Source: Octopus bimaculoides (Eukaryota). From it: DNA of 33,706 nucleotides. This document shows positions 24,118 through 33,706 of the stretch, in pieces; within the stretch, counting starts at the first letter, position 1, and every line of letters starts with the position of its first letter. Below the pieces are notes generated by a model. It had not been told where the DNA came from, made no database searches, and saw only the letters and a list, made by a program, of their open reading frames with translations. The stretch lies in NCBI RefSeq assembly GCF_001194135.2, contig NC_068983.1, forward strand, positions 114,043,963-114,077,668. Direction: 5' to 3'. The position numbers and the translations under genes are program-made.

Positions 24118-24866
24118 TGTATCCTATTACTACAAGAGAATAATGAAGAGGGTGTATTCTACAGGGGGGAATCAGTACAGGTTTGAGATCAGCAAATTTC
24201 CTATTCACTGTTTTCTAGCAGTCACCTTTGTGAAACTTGCACAGTTTAAAATGAGTCTTATGTCAACTTCTGCCAATGTCTATTGCCTTCTATCTGGGTT
24301 GGTTTATCTATAAATTTCATAAATGCTATGACAGTTCAAATCTCAAATAATGACTTGCTTTTTATGTATGGCAGATATTTCAAAACATATAGCAGAGATA
24401 ATCATAACATGTTTATCAGATAGAACTAAGATGTTTGCTTTCACATGCTGACAATAGTTTAATATTCGAAAGTGTGGCAAAGCCAAGCTGTCACATAACA
24501 TTTCAATTACTATAGTCATATTATCCATTTAGAATGTAGCTATGTAAAATACTTAATATTGTCTAAGATGGTAAATAGGTTCTTAGTATCCAAGGTTACA
24601 ATGACTAATATTAATTTCATCTATGATTTGGCTCTGAGGCACCAAGATTATTATTCATATTTGCAATAAAGGCAAAAGTCGAAAAGCAATGTTTAAGAGT
24701 TATCTAGTATAAACTAAAAACGGAACTGTAAATCTTATATATAATACAGATGATGTGTGAGATTTTTACTAAGCAAATTTCAATTTACCTAGTACATTAT
24801 TAAGATAAATACAGACTGGACACATTTTTACATCTTGTATGTATTGATTTAAATTAAATTTCAAAT

Positions 24867-24869
<3 letters not shown>

Positions 24870-24924
<55 letters not shown>
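24870..24924. repeat. (AT)n microsatellite
   Basis: Perfect dinucleotide run. Shorter (AT)n runs lie near 6257, 10430 and 10681. Confidence 0.95.
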
Positions 24925-24927
<3 letters not shown>

Positions 24928-25300
24928 TCCATTCACCTAAAGTGTCATTTCTATATAAGGTTAAATTGAAAAAAAAAAATTGTAGTTCAAAGTTTCATTA
25001 CTCTAATAATTGTGTTCATAGACAAAATGTCTGTATAGTATGATATTTAAGCATATTCTGATAAAAGCAATCCTATTAAAATGAAGTCTGAGCTGAGCTT
25101 ATTGATCAGGTTCTTTTAATATTTTTTAAGTTTATACCATAATGCATCTCATCCCATAATGGTTTATCATCCTCTACATACATAAAACTATAAATTTTCT
25201 TCTAACTGGAAACTTCCAGGCCTCTTTAATTCTCATCTTTTAAATCCATCATATTTAAAATGTTTTAAGTTCTTCCATATGGGATGTCCATCCATTTCTT

Positions 25301-25402
25301 TTAAACACTGCTCTGATGTTAAATTGTCTTCAGATTCCTTTCCTTGTATAGTTCATCCAGAAGCCTTAAAATACAGCAGTGTCATATTGGATTTATGTTT
25401 CA
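25301..25402 (+). pseudogene. Decayed coding-like fragment of unknown protein (paralogue of 25981-26082, opposite strand)
   Basis: Reads LNTALMLNCLQIPFLV*FIQKP*NTAVSYWIYVS. Differences from its partner are enriched at third codon positions. Confidence 0.4.
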
Positions 25403-25980
25403 CTTTTCATACACTCTTGTAAATGGAAAGATCAGACCCAGATAATATATTAAAAATTATTTTCCCAGAAATGTAGAGTTTAGGAGACATAGATCATGTT
25501 TGTAACAACTTTCAGGATATACACATGAAGGATAATATAATCATGTGACAAAGTGTGCTTAAGATTAAAATTTTAAATAATATAAGTGATTCATAAGTGT
25601 TATTCTTTTGAGTTTGGATAACTTTATTACCCTGGTTCTGAAATCAGAATTTAATCAGCTGGAACAATTGTAATCATTGGAAAGACAGTGACACACCTAT
25701 TTCTTATCAGCTTCACAAAATATCCACAGTTCTTATACATCATTAAGTTCTGCAGATGAGAGAAATCCCTTTTGCTATGGACCTATCTCATGTGGTATAT
25801 TGAAATGACAGATTTAGCATATACCAGGTGTATATAGCATTTGTAAGCCATAAACATGTAAACACATGCATTATCTTCATTAGTTACCAGCAATAAACTT
25901 TTGTTTTTTTTTGTTTTTGTTTTACAGTAACATTAGCTATATTTGCTGGAAAGATTACCATTTTCTTTAGCCTCGAGAAA

Positions 25981-26082
25981 TGAAACCTAAATCCCATATG
26001 ATACTGCCATATTGTAAGAGTCTGGCTGAAAATATACAAGGAAAGGAATCTATAAACAGTTCAATTTTAGAGCAGTATTCAA
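25981..26082 (-). pseudogene. Decayed coding-like fragment of unknown protein (paralogue of 25301-25402)
   Basis: Reads LNTALKLNCL*IPFLVYFQPDSYNMAVSYGI*VS. Confidence 0.4.
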
Positions 26083-26791
26083 AGGTAACACTACAAATTA
26101 CAGAAGTTACAAATGAATAAAACTTAATATGTTGCCTGATTCAAAAGGCATTACTTTCAATTTTAAACTTGTAGTGACAATTTTTAAATCTCAATATTTT
26201 TACAAGGTTTATAACAGATTTTATGAGCTTATGTATCCAGTCAACAAACTTCTTATGCAAGAGAAAGGTAACAGAAAGGGAAAACAAGATTTTCAAGTAT
26301 ATCATTTTCAATTCCATGAATGAAATGAAATCACCAAAGACAAAGCAAATTTCATATACGGTCTTTTCACCATAAGATGAAAAATACAATGTGAACAGTC
26401 GGAAGCTAATGATTACAGAAACCCTTCTATTAATTGGCTAAATATATCAGTTAAAACAAGTTTGGCTGACTTGGAGGTTTATACTAATTTAATCATTTAC
26501 ACAAATTGTTATTGATGTTTTACCAAAATAAGGCTCAAAACATTATAGATGCCACATCTAACTCCAACTAATTCATCAAGTAAAGAAAATTCTTTGTTTT
26601 AAAAAAGAAACTGAGATGTTAAAGACTGAATCACCAGGTAAGAGCTATTAATTAGCAGGTTATCTACTGCGGAGGTAAGAAATAAAACTTTAAATTTACA
26701 GTCCAAAACAAATTAGAGAAATTATTCATGTTACATAAACACTTCTCCATACAGTTATTTAAAATGTAAGTTCGCAAAATAATTGCATATA

Positions 26792-26923
26792 GGCGTAGGA
26801 GTGGCTGTGTGGTAAGTAGCTTGCTTTCAAACCACATGGTTCCGGGTATGTGTCTTCTACTATAGCCGCTGGTCGACCAAAGCCTTGTGAGTGGATTTGG
26901 TAGACGGAAACTGAAAGAAACCC

Positions 26924-26993
<70 letters not shown>

Positions 26994-27223
26994 GTATGTA
27001 TGTGTGTATATGTTTGTGTGTCTGTGTTTGTCTCCCCAACATCGCTTGACAACCGATGCCGGTGTATTTACGTCCCCGTAACTTAGCGGTTCGGCAATAG
27101 AGACCGATAGAATAAGCACTAGGCTTACAAAGAATAAGTCCTGGGGTCGATTTGCTTCAACTAAAGGCGGTGCTCCAGCATGGCCGCAGTCAAATGACTG
27201 AAACAAGTAAAAGAGTAAAAGAG
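26792..27223 (+). mobile_element. tRNA-derived SINE (same family as 20728-21148) with the B box deleted and a (GT)n tract
   Basis: Starts ggcgtaggagtggctgtgtggtaagtagc and ends aaacaagtaaaagagtaaaagag. About 27 bp (tcagtccc...gagca) are missing after ccgggt. (GT)n lies at ~26935-26983. Confidence 0.85.
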
Positions 27224-27999
27224 AGAAAGTATATATATTTCATGCATTTGCAGTTTTTATTAATAGTATATTTTATCACCAATCTGATTCCAAGACTGTA
27301 TCAATTTCATTAACAGTCAGCGTCACTTGAAAGACTTCCAACAGACAAAAAAAAATCTACTTCGGGCCACACATCTATAGACTGACACCATGATCAAGCA
27401 ATTAACTTAGTTCATGCAAGGCAAAAATCAACAAATGATAACACTACCATAAAATTCTTGAGGTATTTTGTCGTAGCTGCAAGTTATAAAACAAACCAAA
27501 TGTCTTCCCCACTAGTAAGGCCAGAAATATAAAGATTTGGTGCACTCTTGCCAAGAGACACTGAATCTGAAATTCCTACTTCACTCAGTGACTGCTTTTC
27601 ACAAATTCAAAAGAGGACCTAGTTAAAATGACATCGAAAGTGTAAACATTTTATTTGCAGTGTTCAGTTGTAACAGATCAAAAGGATCACTTCTTGAAGA
27701 GATTTTCAACAACTTTGTCAGCCACAAGAGTTAGGCATACAGGTAATGTATATAACCATGGGTCAAGCCTCATGAAAGGGGGTGATAAACCCCTTCAAAA
27801 TGATCCTATTTGACCGATTTGTATTAACATATGTACAGTATTCAATGTAAATAAAAATATTTGTTCCCATTTTGCAAATTGGTTTTAAAGTTTACTGCAT
27901 TCTTTTCATATCGAACTAAATCTATCATATCTAGTCTATAGTGTAAAATATAAGATTTATAAAATAGACAATCAAATAATAAATCCCTTTAAACATGAA

Positions 28000-30300
28000 G
28001 TCTGAAGAAAAAATAGTGGATGGTTATAGCTGGAATGCCCTTGATCATAGAGGCACGACCGGTCCGACCTGGGATTAAGGAACAACTTAACGGGGAAACA
28101 AATTATTTCACGATTGATAAAACGAAAAGAATGAAAGAAAAAGAGTTTTTTCTACGCGAGCATTAACTGGGAGAAACTGTAAAAGGAAGTGAGGAGCTGT
28201 AATGTTCATGCCTTTCCCAAGGACATTAGCGATGTAAGTGGAATGGCTCCATCGGGGAATCTACCTTGAAAGGTGAAAGAAAGAGCATATATTCAATGCA
28301 GTATGTCGAGAAACTGATTGTTACAACATATTGCAATACTTAAAATACTAATTTTCGACTACAAGTGAACATGACTGAGCAACAGACAACTGACCTTCAC
28401 AGTTCGGTTAGGGTATGTTGACCTAGAAATTTAAATGTTATCTTTGAACATGAAAAAAAATAACGAAACAAAAAATTACTCAGGTATATTTTGTTAATAT
28501 CATTTACCACTATACAGCTACTATAATCATTAATAGTAAAACTGATTTACAAATATATTTATATATCTTAATATATAATACTGATCTGTATGTACAACTT
28601 GTTTCGATAAAATGAATGAATATAAGCGAAAATTATCCCGCTTTTCCGTCTACAGAAAAAGAAAAACAAACAAAATCCCAGTGTCATACACAAAACATTA
28701 CAAATTCCCCCCAAGTCAAATTAACTGGATCGGATGTAGTTAGTCTACAAATGAGTGTTTGGATAGATATTTCTTAGGTTTGTTTTATCCTATAATACCT
28801 CTCCAAGAGAAAGTTTTTCTCTGTACAATGAGTCCTGAAATAATACAAGGTGTAGGCTTTCAGAGAAACGGGTCTACTGATAAGACTGAGTAACTGCGGC
28901 GTAAAGAAGAGAAGGAAATGTTACGAATTCTTTAAATCACATCATTATAAGTAGCCATATCAGTAAGAGAAATATATTTATAAATGATAGTCCTGTCAGC
29001 AAACTGGTAATTCGAAACTAGCAGCATTTCAATGTGATCAATACATTAGGCTTCTCGCACAAATGCTAATCTCTAAACCAACGCTTTTATGAACAAGAAA
29101 AGTTTTAAATTTAGGTATTAGCTATAAATTATTAATATATATGTGTTTTTACCTCCTCAACACTAAAAAAAAATCAAACCACGAAAAAAAAAAACGATAA
29201 AGAAAGGAAGGGTAAATATCAAAATTTATATACCCTATCAAAGAATACGGTTGGAGAATTGAACGCCAACTGATAATTAAATGTAAAATACGTCCACCCC
29301 TCAAAAGCGCAAGAGAAGTATCAATATAGACAATCAAAATCAAACAAACAAGTAATGGGGTTACACACACACATATATATATATATAGGTAAATGACTAA
29401 ACAGAGGGAGAATAGATTGATTTGCTATATATTAGTGGTGGTAGTAGCTGGCTTGTTTCTATCTCGAGTTAATAGCATCCTTTCACTCAATGTCGACACT
29501 ACTGCTACATACACAAAACCAGACTAAGTAGGAAGAGAAGGTGGTCGACTTCGATACCATAATCATCATCATAATCATCACAATATCCACACTTAGCTAT
29601 TCTGTACACGTACAAAATCTCACGTACATACACTCATAATCAAGCTGCTGCTGCTACATTTCGGGTAGATTACATGTTTTGTAACATTCTCCAGTTTGTT
29701 TGTTTTTTTATTTCATGTTTTTCGCTATTTTGCTTAAAATAAGAGGGAGAAAGATACATCACAAACCCCTAGCTGTCAAATTGGTATGATGAACAAGCTC
29801 TTTTACACTAGTTTTTGTTTACAGCTTCTCTGACCAGACCAAAATAAAACTAGAAAAAAAACCTACACGCACATACAACCTAAGCACCACAGTACTTCGT
29901 CCTAGTTTAGAGAGAATTGCGTCTTTGTGAGAGTGCTATGTCGAGCTGATAAACATATTTCTACTTAACCTTTAAATGAAATAGAAATAAACACAGCCTA
30001 TTATAATAAAGATGTTACAGAAGAGGAGAACAAAAGAAAACTGAAAATTATTTAACACTGTAACAGGATTATCGTATGTTAGGTAAAAAAAATCGTCAGA
30101 TTTTACTGAGGCGTAACTTCGTTTGAAATTTTTGTTTTGTCTGTTCAACGTCAAAATATTTATATACAAACAAGGAAGTAAAAAAGGTTTTGTAAGTTAG
30201 CCGCCAAAGGGTTAAGTTTTAGAGGACATCACAACATTGTATAAAGATAGACACAAACAAGATAGGTAGATAGATAATATACACTCCTTCCCTCCAACTA
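28000..30300 (-). promoter_or_regulatory. CpG-retaining region; candidate 5' end/promoter of the minus-strand gene
   Basis: Hand count: 11 CpG in 28021-28320 versus 0 in 24121-24420. Minus-strand splice-like signals: acceptor ttttgtttgtttttctttttctgtAG (~28651) and donor GAG|GTAAAA (~29151). Confidence 0.35.
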
Positions 30301-30736
30301 GATATCACAGCAAATCGCGAGGTAAACAGATTTAGAGTACATGTGTATTAGGAAAAAATTTATAATAGTAGTGTAACTAACTAGTCTTGATGTTGCCAGA
30401 GCAAAAAGGAGTGGGAGGAGAGAAGTAGAAACACTAATAAAAACGATAATTTTATAGCAGGCCAGAACAGAATAGATCAGGAGTGGAATCCCATAGTGGA
30501 AGGTCATTAGTTTCCATAGTTAAACGTTTACTAATCAAACACGGCTCCCATGTTAGTCTGTGTTTAACGGAAACATTTTCTAATATTTATCAGTTTTAAG
30601 GGTTATTCGAAATAATCTCACCACCAAAATTGTAAAAGTTGCAATTAAGCAGTTTTAAAAAACCAACTGAATAATTTTTTTCCGCCTATGTAATAAACAA
30701 TGAATACTTTAATATCAGGTTTGATATAAAATATGC

Positions 30737-30738
<2 letters not shown>

Positions 30739-30824
<86 letters not shown>
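30739..30824. repeat. Compound microsatellite (GT)6(AT)32(AC)5 forming a perfect palindrome
   Basis: 30741-30824 equals its own reverse complement. Confidence 0.9.
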
Positions 30825-30825
<1 letters not shown>

Positions 30826-31391
30826 TTCACAAATACCTGAGTTGTAGTGTTTGGCTAATGATTTCGTTTCAGATTGTGTTAAACCGAAAACAAATGGATA
30901 GCCATGATAATCATATTAGTCATTAGATATATAGATATTTCCACTTTTGTTTCATTAATTGCTAGTAATACACACACTATGAAATACCTTGGAAATATAT
31001 TATCACAGAATAATTAATTATAAAGCAAAACTGAATAACTTAACAGTTTGGTAATGTGTATTTTTTATAACCTACATGACTAACACGGTTACACACATAC
31101 ACGTACAGAAATATATATACACACACATACAGAATATATATATATATATATATATCCAGACACATGTATGGACATACATTCTATTGATAAATGTACGAGT
31201 GACTTATTTTTTTCTTTCCTGTCTTATGGATTCTTAGATGTCTATACATACATGTAAATATATATATATATACACGCACACAAGCCTGAAGAAAAAGTAC
31301 GTAGTACATTAAACAGCAATTAATATTGAGATGCATTGAAAGACGGTACGCGAAACAGTGACTACGGTTTAACATGTTTTGTTTGCTGCTT

Positions 31392-31744
31392 GATAGATGG
31401 ATAGATAGGCAGATAGATAGATAGATAGAGAGCTAGCTAGATATATATATATATAGATAGATAGACAGAGAGATAGAGAGCTAGCTAGATATATATATAT
31501 ATAGATAGATATATATATAGATAGAGAGCTAGCTAGATATATATATAGATAGACAGATAGATAGAGAGCTAGCTAGATATATATATATATAGATAGACAG
31601 ATAGATAGAGAGCTAGCTAGATATATATATATATATAGATAGATAGACAGAGAGATAGAGAGCTAGCTAGATATATATATATAGATAGAGAGCTAGCTAG
31701 ATATATATAGATAGATAGATAGATAGAGAGTTAGCTATATATAT

Positions 31745-31776
<32 letters not shown>

Positions 31777-31786
31777 CTAGCTAGAT

Positions 31787-31820
<34 letters not shown>

Positions 31821-32032
31821 CTAGCTAGATATATATATAGATAGATAGAGAGAGAGAGAGAGAGCTAGCTAGATATATAGAGAGAGCTAGCTAGATATAT
31901 ATATATATAGATAGATAGAGAGAGAGAGCTAGCTAGATATATATATATATAGATAGATAGAGAGAGCTAGCTAGATATATAGATAGATAGACAGACAGAC
32001 AGACAGATAGATAGATAGATAGGTAGACAGAT
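31392..32032. repeat. Higher-order minisatellite built of (GATA)n-(GA)n-GCTAGCTAG-(AT)n units
   Basis: About 14 GCTAGCTA-anchored units of roughly 25-50 bp. Confidence 0.9.
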
Positions 32033-33093
32033 AATGTATGTCGGTGTTTGTGTTATGTATGTAGATATGTGTATGTACGTGTATATATGTATACCTGAGT
32101 ATATATATGTGTGTGTATATATACGTGTGTGTATGTATGTATATATATATATATATCCATGTATATATCTACGTGTAAACCTGACTATATCGGTTTCAAA
32201 TGTTAACAATTAAGAAGGATTGGTTACAACTCAGCGCCGAGCCGTTCGTTAATAACTAGCAGGCACTTCGCGTGGATTCGACACGAAGTTTTACAAAGAC
32301 GTATACATTTGAATGCTGAAATTTATAAGTGGAGCTTACCTACATACACCGACTAGTAAATTAAAAGTAGTAAAATCATTATGCAGCTGTTTAAAAATAT
32401 AAAACAAGAAAGCTTACTAACCACAAGGGTCGTCTGCCATACTTGTCGATGTTGAGGTCTTCTGGTCCTAATAATATTTGTAGCGTTAGTTTCGTAATAA
32501 AGATAAATATACGTTCAACTTGTGGTGGGGGTGGTATGGAAAATTTGATTTAATATATATTGATTGACATTTTAGATTTATTAGAAAATATTCTTTAATG
32601 TCACGTGAATTTTTATTTTGTCAATCAATTACAATATTGTTAATATTACTAAATATTGCAAAATGTTAATCTTTCAAACGAGAGCGGGGGGGGGAGGATG
32701 AAAAACAAAAAAATTAATTAAAATTTGATTATCTCCCTTGACCAATAAATATTTCACCTTTCCATTCACTTTTTTTTCCGTATGATTGTAATTTTTTATC
32801 AGGCTTTTTTATGTTTGTTTGTTTTTTCACCAATACTTATCAGCTGTTCCCGATTTATTTCACATAACGCATGTATAGGTTCCTAAGTATTTTCCGGCTC
32901 AAATAAATACAACTAATTTATTGATCAACCGCTCATTCAAAGTTACCCTTGAAGTGACTTCGTAACAGGCGTCAGTTAGCACGAGGCGTGCATAGCGTCT
33001 GCTGCTGTTTGCTCCACCTTTTCCTCATTATTATCATTGTATGTCTGTACTCAGTTTTCATTTAAATTATACTCAGAAAACACACTTTATATC

Positions 33094-33121
33094 ATTATTA
33101 TTATTATTATTATTATTATTT
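33094..33121. repeat. (ATT)n microsatellite
   Basis: Perfect trinucleotide run. Confidence 0.9.
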
Positions 33122-33470
33122 TCTTTTTCAGGATATGATATTTTTTAATACACACATTTGTGCAATATCTATACTACTTTTTGTCAGTACTATGAGCATT
33201 GGATACGGCGCAGGACACTCCTCGTAATCAACCTATGAAAGCAACATTAAGTCACGTCTTCTGCTTGAGACTTGAGATGACACTTTGGTCAGGTGCTAAC
33301 GACTTTTCTTGTTCCTATGCTAAGGGCCTGGTAAGAACAAAGTCTGGTGGAATGGGCAAAGTAATTAACATGTCATCAACACTGTGATAGCAGATGATGG
33401 TCGCACCAGTTTGCTTCCTCCACAAAGATTCCCATTATTAAGATTGTTTTGGAACTGATTTCCAACCTTT

Positions 33471-33706
33471 ATCATCATCATCATCATCATCATCGTTTAA
33501 CGTCCGCTTTCCATGCTAGCATGGGTTGGACGATTTGACTGAGGACTGGTGAAACCGGATGGCAACACCAGGCTCCAATCTAATTTGGCAGAGTTTCTAC
33601 AGCTGGATGCCCTTCCTAACGCCAACCACTCAGAGAGTGTAGTGGGTGCTTTTACGTGTCACCCGCACGAAAACGGCCACGCTCGAAATGGTGTCTTTTA
33701 TGTGCC
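33471..33706 (-). mobile_element. RTE-clade LINE 3' end (continues beyond the window)
   Basis: (ATC)n tail plus family 3'UTR, with a ~22-bp internal deletion relative to the 2010 copy. Confidence 0.85.

Noticed and set aside
25971-26637. Chain of four plus-strand exon-like units (25971-26084, 26207-26267, 26377-26476, 26549-26637) with compatible phases
   Set aside because: It needs two frameshifts and post-hoc splice choices. Substitutions against the paralogue at 25301 fall mostly on codon position 2 in this frame, which favours the opposite strand.
26664-27206. 180-aa and other ORFs with HTHT, CVCV or YIYI runs (also 30645-30926 and 31967-32209)
   Set aside because: Translations of SINE and dinucleotide microsatellite sequence.
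29966-30215. Possible further TTAA-flanked MITE (ttaacctttaa...ccaaagggttaa)
   Set aside because: The ends match poorly and the interior is unrelated to the other MITEs.
33199-33387. 62-aa plus-strand ORF
   Set aside because: No recognisable homology or convincing splice context.

Overview
AT-rich eukaryotic (animal) genomic DNA with three assembly gaps (5538-5772, 9328-9710, 23121-23862). The repeat families look like those of Octopus (recognised from memory, no database search). Only one host coding exon is identifiable: a 128-bp minus-strand exon (11163-11290) of mannose-6-phosphate isomerase (MPI), equivalent to human exon 2. I found no further MPI exons, so most of the window is probably very large MPI introns. 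A rise in CpG density near 28 kb may mark the 5' end or promoter. The rest is layered transposon DNA: seven young 5'-truncated copies of one RTE-clade LINE with (GAT)n tails, tRNA-derived SINEs, TTAA piggyBac-type MITEs, a hAT MITE, a decayed CR1-group LINE, a decayed Penelope GIY-YIG remnant, and microsatellites. Most ORFs in the supplied track are artefacts of repeats, N gaps or microsatellites. I see no operon, CRISPR array or clear novel gene system. The best leads are (i) an RTE insertion carrying a locally templated inverted 114-bp copy at its 5' end, (ii) a PHD-type finger inside the RTE reverse transcriptase, (iii) a reiterated 17-mer at an RTE 5' junction, and (iv) an inverted pair of decayed coding paralogues of unknown identity.
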